From positions 2,749,020 to 2,813,019 of the forward strand of contig NC_069005.1 of the NCBI RefSeq assembly GCF_001194135.2: 64,000 nt of DNA, written 5' to 3'. Both the position numbers and the translations under genes were made by a program. Positions 1-13,436 of the stretch are shown one piece after another. The notes below the pieces were generated by a model. That model ran no database searches. It was not told the DNA's origin and saw only the letters and a program-made list of their open reading frames with translations. The stretch's first letter is position 1; the number at the start of each line of letters is the position of its first letter. This stretch comes from Octopus bimaculoides (Eukaryota).

Positions 1-200
1 GTGCCTCCGGAGATACCTAGACACGCCCAGCTATCTGGTGCCGGTCCTGTTACGTGGCTTCTTCCAGCCGCATCGAATGAGAATAAAGGCCTGGAAGGTT
101 GATCTGGTGGGGGACAGCGGATATGTCCGTACCAGCGCCGGGGACGTATAGCTTTGAGGTGGAAGGCTGACAAGCTCCAAAGAAAAACAGCCCGACACAT
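1..200 (-). mobile_element. Decayed RTE-clade LINE ORF2 C-terminal fragment, running off the window edge
   Basis: Minus-strand translation across frameshifts gives QPSTSKL / RRWYGHIRCPPPDQPSRPL / GWKKPRNRTGTR*LGVSRYLR. This matches the RTE ORF2 tail pattern RWxGHVxR...GxRxRGRPxxRW. Confidence 0.65.
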
Positions 201-2515
201 GGAATGGTCAACTATGACATAATGGCTTCATTTATTTGCCACCAGGGCGAAAAGTGAGGGTGACAAAAGAAAATAGACACAGTACAGGGGTTTACATGAA
301 ATAAAATAACATAAATAGATACAAAAAATGAAGTAAGTATACACGGCTACAATGAAAAGGAAGGGAGGTATACACAGTATGCAAAGCTTATAAAGAAAAA
401 AAGAATATCGGAATCCTGATCACCTCAGGATTCTAAATAATATATGCAACAATCAGCGCAGCCAGAAATGGATGGTGACTGATGTCTCAATATTATTATC
501 TAAATCTGCGTTAATATGAAATTCCACGCGAAGGTTATGGAGAGAAAAGACAGAAACTAAAGGAAGCGATACGTCATAAATAAGAAATAGTTAGCAGGAG
601 ATACACAACAGACGTATACAGTCGCAATGTATAGGAAAAAAAAATCTGTAAATAAATGTTGAAAACAAGAGATCCGAGATAAATTACAACGAATGCAATA
701 ATAATTAAAACTGACAACGCTTCATGGAACGGAATAGATATTTCGACAACAGCCCGAAACGAATTTGGCCAGTCTGGTAGGGCGTGGGGGAGGAATGAAA
801 CATGATCAAAATAGAAACCAATGCAATGCCATTTCGAAAAGAGTTTGGACAGTTAAATTACTGGAGCGGCGGAGAAGGATTTTCAAAACAACAAAAAACG
901 CATCTAACAGACAATTCATATATATGTATAAACACACACACACACAGAGGCAATCATCACACACACGCACGCACAGACACAGACACACACACATATATAT
1001 ATATATGTGTGTGTGTGTGTGTATGTATGCATATATATATATATATATATATATATANNNNNNNNNNNNNNNNNNNNNNNNNNNNNNNNNNNNNNNNNNN
1101 NNNNNNNNNNNNNNNNNNNNNNNNNNNNNNNNNNNNNNNNNNNNNNNNNNNNNNNNNNNNNNNNNNNNNNNNNNNNNNNNNNNNNNNNNNNNNNNNNNNN
1201 NNNNNNNNNNNNNNNNNNNNNNNNNNNNNNNNNNNNNNNNNNNNNNNNNNNNNNNNNNNNNNNNNNNNNNNNNNNNNNNNNNNNNNNNNNNNNNNNNNNN
1301 NNNNNNNNNNNNNNNNNNNNNNNNNNNNNNNNNNNNNNNNNNNNNNNNNNNNNNNNNNNNNNNNNNNCCCCCCCCCCCGCATAAGCGGGTGCTGCCAAAC
1401 CAGTGTTAAAATATGTAGAAGATACGACACAGCAAATGTAAGAATGATTGATTAGCAGAAGAATTTTGACCACATGTATCCTCACTCGTTGATTCTGGAT
1501 ACGTTTGCTGCGGAGATTATAAAACATGGTACGCAAGTAGATGATGAATAAGTAACGAAATAAAAAGTCAGTTCAACTTACGTCGGTATTTTGTCTCAAG
1601 GTATGCGACTTAGCTTTAAATAGGGCGTGAGACGAAAATAGATATTAAAATTTCCTTTTACCTTATATCTGATTTAAATAACGGTTTGTAAATATGTTCA
1701 AATGTATTTGATTTGATCTTCCATTTGAGTATTGGATTCTATCTGTTTTTTTTATTATTTTTAAATATGGGCGCTTTTAAATAAGTTCGCTGCCATCGAC
1801 GTATAGTTGAAAATAATTGAACTGAAGTGGAAACATTTTATTAATTTCAATTCTTAAAAAATAATGACATAAAGTGGAAAAAGTGGTAACTCGAAACGTT
1901 GTAATTTGTGATGTACCTGTAGTTCATATTGAACCGAGATTTATATAAACTGTATCCAATACAACAGGAATAATATCTCACCATCTCACCTTCTCTGCAC
2001 TTTTTTGTCTTCTAAAGTTCAAATACAAAATTTTTAGGAGAAGACATTTATCTGTCTTTTGTTTACGAATAACAACAAAGTGTTCTCTGCAGAGGGTTAA
2101 CAAGTACAGACAGTGTTTCAAGTATTACGTCATATTCAGTGGCATTGCAAAACACGCCAAATTAACAATAATAAACAAGAGAGGAAAGACAAATTATTAT
2201 TAATACCATGTTAATTAGAGAAAAAGAGATAACAGAATTAATCCAAGCACAGACATCGGAATTCTTAACAATTTTAGCAGCAGACAGCCTACTACACACG
2301 GATGAAAGAACATTTTTGGGAAAGTTAATCTCCATGCCTATCTTAAGCAAGTTATTAATACCAGAAAAACGGTAACACATATTAAAACGCAAACCAATCA
2401 CATTAATAAGTGAGAGCTGTGATACTCTTAATTACAAAATAAAAGAATGAGAATACTGCAGAAGAAGAAAGAAAAACAGATATTGATGGTATTTCAAATA
2501 GTAGTTTTATATTTT

Positions 2516-2720
2516 GCCACAAGGCCACCAATATTTTAGCAGGCGTTGATGGGTCAAGTCAATTAATTCAACTCTAGTAATTGAGTGGTAGATAATGTCA
2601 TCGAACCCCCAAAAAGGGTGGGAAGCAAAGTTGGTCTCGGCGGATTTTGAACTTAGAACACAAAGAGCTGGATAAAAATTGCGCCGAGCTTGTCGTCTGT
2701 GCTAAGGATTCTGCCAGTTC
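2516..2720 (-). mobile_element. tRNA-head SINE, family A (octopus OR-like), diverged
   Basis: Reverse complement shows the head gaactggcagaatccttagc, the B-box-like ttctaagttcaaaatccgcc and the tail ggccttgtg; similar to the 4014-4233 copy. Confidence 0.7.
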
Positions 2721-2905
2721 TAGAACGCAAATTCGCTTCTATAAATCATAGTTCGGGTTCTAATGCTCTTCTCCAACAACTAAAGCAGTTTTCTTCCATC
2801 AGAGCTATGAGTCGAAGGTAGCATATAAACCCCATTGCAACGCGCGCACTCACACACGCACACAAACGTGCACACACATGCCCAGAAATGTCTACATATA
2901 TCTAT

Positions 2906-2943
<38 letters not shown>

Positions 2944-4013
2944 TCTCTATGACTGTATATATATGAGAGTAGTTACAAAACCAAATATGGATATATTGAA
3001 TGATATATTCATCGCTCATACCACACACACACACACACTTCTCTCAGTATAAATACCCACATACACGAGCACTCACACCTACACACAAATATAGAGATAA
3101 ATGAAAACACATACAAACACGCGCATATACGTAAAGAATATATATCTATTTCATATGATTATATATTATACATACGCATGTGTAATTTCGATATAAATCA
3201 TATAATGAAAACATATAGAAAAATAATAATAAATTTTTAGGAGTATATATATAATGTTTACCTGTACATGTTTCTAGCATCGGTTTGTAGATATTTTCCA
3301 TGTACACATAATTGCATCGAAAACGTAGTTAGATTGATAGGTAGATAATATAGATATATGACGAGAGAGAGATGAAAAGTAAAAAAGAGGAAGACGTGTG
3401 TAAAAGTGTGTTGCGTTTTTTAAATGCACTTGAATTTCCGAAATACTCTTGTATTGGAACGAAAATCTAAGTCGCGAAGCCGAAGCGTCATTCAAAAAAT
3501 TTCAATATTTGCTAAGTGTAAATAATTGCATTTGTAAATGCTCAAAATGTGGAGATTCATATTAAAAATAAAAATTTAGAAAAGGACTCTCTGATAGAAA
3601 TTAGAAATATATTTCATAAATTTATTGGAAATATTTATTCGTTCAAACTTTCGCAAATGTGCCAGAATGAAGAAGAATAATTCAATTTAACAGCTATGAT
3701 ATAATAATGGTTTGGAATTTTTGGTAGAGGGCCAGTAATTTTGAGGGTGGGAGATAGTCAATTATGCCAATGTTATAAGAATAAGACATAAACTGAATTT
3801 ACTAAAACGGAACACATTAAAACACACACACACATATATATATATTTGGGAACCCTCCTTCAGATTCGTTAAAGTTTCCTATAAATAGTAATGCGGTAAA
3901 TTGTCTATCTTTCTGTTACTAAGTGTTCATATTCTGATATGGTCAACTTTGAATTTTATACATTCTGGGACGAAAATTATAGTGCCAAACCTCTGCTAGA
4001 ATAGGTTTTTCGC

Positions 4014-4233
4014 GGAGGCAGCGAGCTGGCAGAAACGTTAGCACGTCGTGCGAAATGCTTAGCAATATTTCGTCTGTCTTTACGTTCTGAGTTCAAATTC
4101 CGCCGAGGACGACTTTGTTTTTCATCCTGTCGAATGTCGATATATTAAGTACCAGTTGCATACTTGGGTCGATCTAATCGACTGGCACCGTCCCCCAAAA
4201 TTTGGGGCCTTGTGCTTAGAGCAGAAAAGGAAT
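4014..4233 (+). mobile_element. tRNA-head SINE, family A, full length
   Basis: Head ggcagcgagctggcagaaacgttagcacg; B-box gttcaaattcc at 4091-4101; central gtcgat...aagtaccagt...gggtcgatctaatcgact; tail ggccttgtgc...agcagaaaagga. At least 10 related copies lie in the window. Confidence 0.9.
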
Positions 4234-4429
4234 AGGTTCTTATATTCCACCCAAGCTTCTATCAATCTCGACATCTGTGTCATTTTTTCGAACAAATCGG
4301 CCGAGGTTATGCGAGAAGAGGAATGGACATTGCAGGGGTTAAAATGCTTAAAATGCACCGTGCAGTGCATCACGTGGTCCTGTAGTAAGAGGTTTGTCTC
4401 CAAAGTATATCGTTGCAGGTACAGTCTCA

Positions 4430-4526
4430 TTGTGTTGTACCTTCAAAAGCTACCTTCCACTGCACTCACTGGCCGACCAAAGTCGTGTGTGCAGATAGGC
4501 GGATACTGAAGAAGCTCCTTTGTGTG

Positions 4527-4560
<34 letters not shown>
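4430..4560 (+). mobile_element. Degenerate family B SINE 5' half plus (TA)n
   Basis: ggccgaccaaagtcgtgtgtg...ggcggatactgaagaagctcc resembles family B ggccgaccaaagcc...gacggaaactgaaagaagccc and is followed by the usual microsatellite. Confidence 0.45.
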
Positions 4561-4565
<5 letters not shown>

Positions 4566-5107
4566 TTATCAGCTGTCATGCATTGTTCTTTCTTGATTTA
4601 TTGTTTGAAAATTTCCATGTAAATACTTAGATATAATTATACGAAAAAATATATCAAAAATACTACAGCCAATATGTCCGTTTCTGTATATTTAGATTCT
4701 TGAAAATCAGATGTTTCTACAGCAAATGTCAACGTAAATGTGATTTATACATATATGCGGTGTCATCTTTAAAATTTAGATAAATTCCTATTCAAATATC
4801 TGAAAATAGCAATGTGTCTAATATGTACAAACTCATATTACAGCTCACCTATTGTCATTTGTTCCGCTTCTCTTTGCCAGTGGATGAGTATTATACATAT
4901 ATTTGTTTTTGGTAGGCACACCCTTTACATACATGGACTCATGCAGGAAAAAATCAAAAATACTTAAAGGCTGTACGGTAGTTTATTTCCTATTCTTTTA
5001 GTTTTAAAGCAGTATATATGTGTATGTGTGTGACGGGTGTGTATGTTATGTGTGTTTGCGTGTGTCACGCATGTGTCATATGGGCATATCGTATACACAC
5101 ACACACG

Positions 5108-5195
<88 letters not shown>

Positions 5196-5633
5196 CATAT
5201 ATATATATGACGTGTGTATGTATATATATATATACATATATAGATACACACACAAAAAGAGAGAGTGAAAGATAAATACCCAGATAAATAGATAGATAGA
5301 TAGATAGGTTTAATTTCTAACATACCTATATTCATATTTCTGAGTAATATATATTAATATCGTAAAATATATACGGAAAAGTTGAAGTGACATTTCTCTG
5401 CAGAATATATATTATATTTAATATTTAATATATAATCTATTTTTATTGGCATATTGTGTTGGTTTGTATGATTTGTACGACGAGGTATTCATCGTCTTCT
5501 ATAGACACTAAATATAAAATACATCACACGTTGTTTCTCCACTTTTATTTGTCGTAGCTTCGTTTCCATTGTTTACATATATTATGTACACATTGAGAGA
5601 AACGTGTTTACTATTAAACTCTAGGTATAGTTA

Positions 5634-5672
<39 letters not shown>

Positions 5673-6684
5673 CCTGTTACTATAATTCTGACCTTCTATT
5701 TCTCCATCATTTTTCATCCCTGCTATCTTTCTCTCTATGTCATTCTCTCTCTCTTTCTCTCACACTCTAGTTCTATATAGTTTCTTTGCTATTACATACC
5801 TAAATTATTAGTGTGTATATTTTTGAATATATATATATATAATAAAATATAGGGTAAAAAATCATATATTAATTAATATCGATTAATTACCAGGATTCCG
5901 CTAAATTTCGTTTTGAGAACAATTTAGGTCTTAATAGACACAAGATGTGATCTATTTCTAGCACATTGAATGTCCACGTTAGTGATCAACGTTATATATA
6001 AAAATATATACATATATATATATAGAGAGAGAATGAGAGAGAAAGAAATTGAAAGAGAGAGTGGGAGAGCGATAGAAGCAAAGAAAAATGTCTAGATATG
6101 CATAAATGTATATTAATTATGTCTCATATGTATAAGTAAATCATAAGCTACAGACAGGTACAAGAAAACACACCTATATGCACATGTAGACATACATGTG
6201 CCTATATTATTATTTCTGTTACTGTTCTTATTACTATGAAAACTCAAATTGACAATGTCTAGCGACTAGTGTAGTTGTAAAACGTTGCTATCTTGAGGCG
6301 AACATATGTGGTGTGTATATATGTATGATATAGATGAAAAAGTACTGATATGTGATATATCTCGTCTCACATTTGCAAAAATATGTCTATCAGAGAACTG
6401 TCGACAGATTGAAAGCATTTGTATACAGAGAAATTGGTTTCCTAGTTATATATGTATATATATATGTGTGTGTATACAATCTCAGACCTCACACATATAC
6501 ATATATCGTTCACCATGAAATGAGTATTTAGTTAGGATATATATTTCAATATCGATACGGGCATCATCATTCGCCCAAAATTTACAGTGATTACATTGAA
6601 ATAACTTTTTGCAGATGTCACGCACAAAGCGTGAAACTTTTGAAGACGGAGCTGGTCGAGTGAATAAAACATCAATTTTCAATC

Positions 6685-6823
6685 GTGACTTATTTCATCT
6701 ACCCCGAAAGGATTAAATGCTCAGTTGATTACGGCAGAATTTGAACTCAGAACATAAAGGCGGGCGGGCAGGATGCTGCTACGCATTTTATCCAGCGCAG
6801 GTACGATTCTGCCATTTCGCGCC
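6685..6823 (-). mobile_element. Family A SINE, 5' part
   Basis: ggcagaatttgaactcagaac and acgattctgcca are the reverse complements of the family A B-box and head. Confidence 0.75.
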
Positions 6824-8338
6824 ATCTAGGCTTTACATAATGGAAATAAGATAAAGGAATGTGAGCTATTTACTACGTTACTTAACCCTGTGCAGAATAA
6901 AATGCCCTTGTTGATTGTTAACAACAAACATTGAAAACCTTTTCTGGCGGCAAACAAATTCGGAAAAAACAAACAAACAAAAGTATTATAGAAATAAAAA
7001 AAATCTACGAGACATCTACTGAATTGGACTTTTCTCCTTCCTCTAGCTAGGGTAATAATGCGAATAATAAATTGCGTTTCCTCTACAGCCTTATGGATTA
7101 TTTTGCAGTTAATTTCGGGTCGTTGTTAAAGAGAAAAGAGAACGTTACCACCAATACGTCAATTCTATATTCTAAGGAATAACAATAGATAAGTCTGATG
7201 AATGCGACATAAAACCTAAGCATTGGTGGTGCTTATCTAGATAACAAAATAGAACTGATCGTGTGCAATAACCATAAAGAAAAGACACTTTCTCTGCAGT
7301 TTAGGAAACAACATGGTTCTTATGCCTATTGTAGATATTGATGCAGTGAATTAATAGGAATATATAAACCAGACGAAATTCCTGGGAAGATGATGCATTT
7401 CATTACATAATGCTGTTTGCTATTCCGTGTATTAAGTCAATAATCTTTGCTAGTGTTTTGGGGTCTAAGCAACAGAGAAACTAGCTAATTTGTGCCATGT
7501 AATACGCGATTTTTAATAAAATGTTAATAAAATAATATATTTATATGTATAAATTAATGTAGCATAAAAATACGTTAAAAGAATAGATATTTTTTTTATA
7601 ATACCGTTTTAACCTCTTACATTATGAAATTCCAACTTCTGTTCAAATGAAATATCAAAATTTCGTTTTAAGTGCAATATTGCTAAAATTCACTAATTTC
7701 GTGTTTTACTTCTTTAAACAGAATTCTAGGTACAATTTGCAAAATTTCATAGGAATTCATACGTGTTCAAGTACTAAATAAAATTTACATATTTCATGAA
7801 AATAATGTCCGCAAAATATTGCTTAAATATACAGTCCCATATTATTCAAATAACTTGTACCATTCCGTTGAATATGCGAAGAGTCTTTTTCCATTCCTCG
7901 TGTTTCGTTGTACAATTAGGCAATGTGTTTTAAAGATATTCATGTGTATCTATAAAACGTGGAATTAATGTTGGAGTTGGCATCAATTGCACTGAATGTA
8001 TAATGCCTATTACTGATCGATCTTAGTAAAAAAAAAAAAGAAAGAGAATAAAAAAAGAAGGTAAAGCTATCAACGATTGATAAAATTATGATATCAACGA
8101 AGAATATTCGTAACGTTTGTTATTTTTTCATACATATGTATTAAATGTGGTTAGATTCACCGCAAATTGCGCACGCTCGTCGCCTTTAAGATAATCTTGC
8201 TTCGCTTTACTGAGATAGTTTGTATCATTTCGTGAGGAAGTGTGAAAACGCTGCTGTCGACGACTCACTGTTATTTCAGGGAGTCTAATACATGATCTGA
8301 GAACAGAACTAGCAATTAACCACAGAGGTTTCCTTCAG

Positions 8339-8422
8339 AAAATTCTCATTACGACTATAATCTGCAGATAAATATAGACCCTGATATTATACAGAAGAAA
8401 TCATCAGAGAATATGGAGTTCT
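8339..8422 (+). CDS. Candidate 84-nt phase 1-1 coding exon of an unidentified gene (xNSHYDYNLQINIDPDIIQKKSSENMEF)
   Basis: Acceptor tttccttcag, donor T|gtaaga, open frame, non-repetitive sequence. No family recognised. Confidence 0.3.
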
Positions 8423-8609
8423 GTAAGAAATGTTAGTTTGTATTTATTTTTTGGTTGTATTTTCCGTGTTTTTTTTTCTTATCTTTTCTTTCTTTTTCGT
8501 TCGGTTTCTTTACATCTTTTAGAATTCTTCCACTTGTATTTCAGTTGCAGCGAGAATCAAACGCAGCCATAATAAGTTTCGAAAAGCTGATGTATATATG
8601 TATATATAT

Positions 8610-8644
<35 letters not shown>

Positions 8645-9028
8645 NNNNNNNNNNNNNNNNNNNNNNNNNNNNNNNNNNNNNNNNNNNNNNNNNNNNNNNN
8701 NNNNNNNNNNNNNNNNNNNNNNNNNNNNNNNNNNNNNNNNNNNNNNNNNNNNNNNNNNNNNNNNNNNNNNNNNNNNNNNNNNNNNNNNNNNNNNNNNNNN
8801 NNNNNNNNNNNNNNNNNNNNNNNNNNNNNNNNNNNNNNNNNNNNNNNNNNNNNNNNNNNNNNNNNNNNNNNNNNNNNNNNNNNNNNNNNNNNNNNNNNNN
8901 NNNNNNNNNNNNNNNNNNNNNNNNNNNNNNNNNNNNNNNNNNNNNNNNNNNNNNNNNNNNNNNNNNNNNNNNNNNNNNNNNNNNNNNNNNNNNNNNNNNN
9001 NGTATATGTATATATACATACATATATA

Positions 9029-9063
<35 letters not shown>

Positions 9064-9239
9064 GTATGTATTTATATACATATGTATATGTATATATACA
9101 TACATATATATGTATATATATATATATATACATATGTATATGCATCTATGTGTATTCATATGTATATGTATGTATATATATATGCATGTATAACAATATA
9201 TATATATATATATAAATATGTACACGTATATATATGTAT

Positions 9240-9277
<38 letters not shown>

Positions 9278-9305
9278 TTATAAGATATAAATGGATATAC
9301 GATAT

Positions 9306-9351
<46 letters not shown>

Positions 9352-10332
9352 AATCCATACATGAATGTGTATATTTATTCAAGTATATATATATATATAT
9401 ATATAAACATGTTTACCTGTACGTACCTCCCTTGTTCGATAATAAATAAAGAAAGCCGCGCAAGAATTCTATGTCACTTGGGATTTTTTAGCGCTTCTTT
9501 ATTTCATGCAATGCTATAATAGGATATACACATAGATACATACATACGCATACGTTACTGCATAAATTGATGCAGACATATATACAAATGCGTACATACA
9601 TATATATATCCTTTTGTATACATAGGTGTGTCGGTGTATATGCATATACACGTTTGCATGTGCACGTGAGTGTGTGTATGTGTCACAAACTGCATGGCAT
9701 AATATATCCGCGCATTTGCAAACGTGATGCGTATATGTAAATTTTTCCCCTCTTTTTCTGTATATATATATACACACAAGGCAAAACACGGGCAATTGAA
9801 CACGCATGTGTATGTATGTGTACGTATATATCTATTGGTATGAATCTATGCTTACAAATACAAGCCTGTGTATGCGTATTAAACTCTTCGTATTCAAGGG
9901 AAGCTATTTTCAGGAGTGATATTGTCTGTAGCAATGAAGGAAATATCTACATATAATAAATGGGAAGGGCAAAGGAAAAAGAAATAAAGGCGTACGAAAA
10001 TATTTCTTAGATTTCATTCATTATTCGCATTGTTTGGAAATTATTTACGCCTAACCACACCTTTACACATACGCACGCACACGCATGCACACACCTATAT
10101 GAATATGCATATATGCATACATATATATATTATATTATATATATATATATATATATNNNNNNNNNNNNNNNNNNNNNNNNNNNNNNNNNNNNNNNNNNNN
10201 NNNNNNNNNTATATATAGAGAGAGAGAGAGAGATAGGTAGATTGATAGACATAGATAGATATAGGTAAATAGATAGGCATAGATAGATGTGTATGCATAT
10301 AGATATTCTTATTTTCCTCTACAATCTTAGGG

Positions 10333-10560
10333 GTTTCACTCAGAGGTTGGGCCATGCTGGAGTACCACCACCTTTCAGTGTTTCAGGGTCTCCTTTCGGT
10401 ATTACTTTTGTGAAGAAGCGAGCTGAACGAAGTCGTGATGTGGACTCATCTGGGATTTCAGACAGAAATTTGTGCTCTTTGAACCTTTCCACATCTACAA
10501 CTTGCAAAATCTCTTAGGTTCCCTGGGAGGTTGTTAAACAGTTGTGGTCTCCTGAGACGC
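10333..10560 (-). mobile_element. CR1/L2-group LINE 3' end (ORF2 tail plus 3' UTR), frameshifted
   Basis: Minus strand reads RPQLFNNLPGNLRD, then after a frameshift LQVVDVERFKEHKFLSEIPDES. This fits the LFNxLP...FKxxLDxFLxxIPDEP motif. It ends in aaaggtggtggtactccagcatggcc. Confidence 0.7.
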
Positions 10561-10587
10561 ACGATGTTGCACTACTCGGTCGTTACC

Positions 10588-10660
10588 AAGGCAGCGAGCG
10601 GGCAGAATTGTTAGCACGCCAGGCTAAATGCTTAACAGCAATTCATCTGTTTTTAAAGTT
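10588..10660 (+). mobile_element. Family A SINE head fragment
   Basis: aaggcagcgagcgggcagaattgttagcacgccaggctaaatgctta. Confidence 0.7.
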
Positions 10661-11359
10661 GGCCTGAAAAGAAGGGTCAGGTGTTCCGCAGTAGTGGCTC
10701 AGTAGAGTCAATACATAGACAAGCGATGAGAGGGGAGACAGACAGATAGCTAGCTAGCTAGATAGATTGGTTGATAGTGAGTTACTCATGCGTATGTATG
10801 GGGTGAATGAATTCAACACATGTAATAGTCTTGCTATATTCTGAGAGAACGTTGATGGACAAGTCATTGTCGTTCGTGTTCATACAGAACACAGTTATGG
10901 AAGCACATCTTTTCCTTGCCCACAACAAAGTATCCTATCTTTTAGTATAACCTTTAGGCTTTACATAATGCTAGTTCACGACTAAAGTTATATCTGATTA
11001 TCTACATTACATTAGAAGACAGTTTTGCAAATATGCAACGTCATTACGATGTGTGAAATTAAAACAAAGTATAATTTATTTATTCTCGAATCACCTAGAC
11101 TTCCAATTTCCAGGTAATAAGAATTTCTGTTATTAAATTCAAGATTACAATTTAAATTAATATTTAATAAATACGTTTTAATAATTTGATATGTTTTTTA
11201 CAACAATTTTTGGTTTTGATTTTTGTCGTTTGGATGTTTAAATAATTTTTAGCATTATATAACCATTATATTATCATTTCTCATTAAAATGAAGCAATTT
11301 TTATTTTATTAATAATGAACACTTAATTTTTACAACGTTATTTATAACTTATATGCTTG

Positions 11360-11530
11360 CAATCATTATTTTTATAATAATAATCTTAATAATGATGAGA
11401 ATACTACTAATAATGATAATAATAAAAATAATGATAACAATAATGATATTAATTATTATTCTCATTATTATTATTACTTCTATTATTATTATCATTATAT
11501 AACAACAGCAACAACAACAACAACAATACA

Positions 11531-11573
<43 letters not shown>

Positions 11574-11712
11574 ATAATAATAATAATAGTAATAATAATA
11601 ATAAATATTATTATTATTATTATTAACCGTCAATTCATTATCAGCATCAACCTCGACTTCATCGTTGTCGTAGTTATCATCATCATCGTCGTCATCGTCA
11701 TCGTCATCATCG

Positions 11713-11745
<33 letters not shown>

Positions 11746-11762
11746 CCATCATTATCATCAGC
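11360..11762. repeat. Compound trinucleotide microsatellite block (AAT/CAA/CTA/ATT/CATCGT/CAT)
   Basis: Directly visible consecutive triplet arrays. Confidence 0.95.
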
Positions 11763-12158
11763 TCATATCTTAAAAAAAAAAAATTCTGCTAGGAGAATCC
11801 TTCTAGGCATGTATTTCACTTGGAAATCATATTATCTTGATAATGGATTTTTATTTAAATCAATAAAAAGGTGTAAATAAATATTTTCTTTTCTTTTGTT
11901 GATGCCATTACCGTGAGGATGCTGGAGTTGTACTTGTTCTTGCTGTTGTAGATGTCTTTGTTTAGCCCCAGGAAGGCCCAATATGAAGCAGATGTCTAAT
12001 GAAAGCCATTTTTTCCACATAACCACCGCCGTATTTGTTCGTTGATCTTTCGAATTGCATTATCCTATGTTTCTCCCTCTTCTATCAAGGCACGAGGCAC
12101 TTTCTGGTATATTTCTCTGCTATTTCGACCAACATTCATCCCTGACATTTTTATTAGG

Positions 12159-12331
12159 TAGACGCAGGCGTAGCAGTGTGGTAAGAAGACATCTTAATGA
12201 CCGGTTAGTTACGGCTTCAGTCTTCTTGTATTTTGCGTTAGGCAACTGTCTTGTACTATATTTCCGGATCGCCCAAACGCTTGCCAGCAGACTTGATATT
12301 CGGACATTGAATGAAGACTTCCGTATATATG

Positions 12332-12370
<39 letters not shown>
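12159..12370 (+). mobile_element. Family B SINE 5' half, degenerate, ending in (TA)n
   Basis: gacgcaggcgtagcagtgtggtaagaag...ggcttcagtc...ggcaactgtcttgtactata...gaagacttccgtatatat. Confidence 0.65.
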
Positions 12371-12373
<3 letters not shown>

Positions 12374-13386
12374 TATAAACAGTAGTTTGCAATGTTTCAC
12401 GAAAGAAAAGATATGTAATGGTAACTAAATGTGCCTTGGTATTAGGAAACACATACATTGCCAGCACTAACAGCTAAAGGTGCTAATGCTGTAGTTAAAT
12501 GCACCATTAGATCGGTTTAGCTCTTATTTCTAGCAATGTAGTTGTTTCCTAACACACTAACCACACTTAGTGACAATTACAGACACACACGGCACACACA
12601 CACATACACACACACACACACATATTCATGAATTTATGTTTGTATAAGTATTTATGGCTGTATAAACTGCCAGAGATATGCTCGGCATTGCCCGGGTATT
12701 TTGTGAACGTTACAATATATTTTGGCATCTGTAACATATCTGAGAAAGAAAAAAAGGATAACTGTACTTCCACTTAATTTGCAATTATAGCAGAAACTTC
12801 ATGGCCCCGTGTTCCCTGCAAAGCCCTCAACTGGTGATCCTATAATGGCAGAACTGGCTGAATCGTCGGAGACTTTAAATATTGTTCTTGTTAATGTATA
12901 AATTTCGCTCAGCAAAAAGTAAAATATTGAATAATCCTTCAATTTAATGAAAGCTTGTTTTATTACAGCAGCGTCAACAAAGAAACAAACATTAATATAT
13001 ATANNNNNNNNNNNNNNNNNNNNNNNNNNNNNNNNNNNNNNNNNNNNNNNNNNNNNNNNNNNNNNNNNNNNNNNNNNNNNNNNNNNNNNNNNNNNNNNNN
13101 NNNNNNNNNNNNNNNNNNNNNNNNNNNNNNNNNNNNNNNNNNNNNNNNNNNNNNNNNNNNNNNNNNNNNNNNNNNNNNNNNNNNNNNNNNNNNNNNNNNN
13201 NNNNNNNNNNNNNNNNNNNNNNNNNNNNNNNNNNNNNNNNNNNNNNNNNNNNNNNNNNNNNNNNNNNNNNNNNNNNNNNNNNNNNNNNNNNNNNNNNNNN
13301 NNNNNNNNNNNNNNNNNNNNNNNNNNNNNNNNNNNNNNNNNNNNNNNNNNNNNNNNNNNNNNNNNNNNNNNNNNNNNNNNNNNNNN

Positions 13387-13436
<50 letters not shown>

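Noticed and set aside
2235-2252. 15/18-nt match to the minus strand near 49316-49333 (ELIQ)
   Set aside because: The similarity does not extend; it is expected by chance in AT-rich DNA.
6482-6682. KLFQCNHCKF zinc-finger-like stretch
   Set aside because: No HxxxH or second CxxC pair at the right spacing.
2085-6900. piggyBac-like TTAA-CCCT ends (agggttaa at about 2093, ggggttaa at about 4335, ttaaccct at about 6884)
   Set aside because: The orientations do not form an inward-facing pair, and no transposase remnant lies between them.
7165-7480. Peptide-like pieces (DKSDECDIKPKHWWC; WEDDAFHYIMLFAIPC)
   Set aside because: They need at least three frameshifts or stops to join, and no family is recognised.
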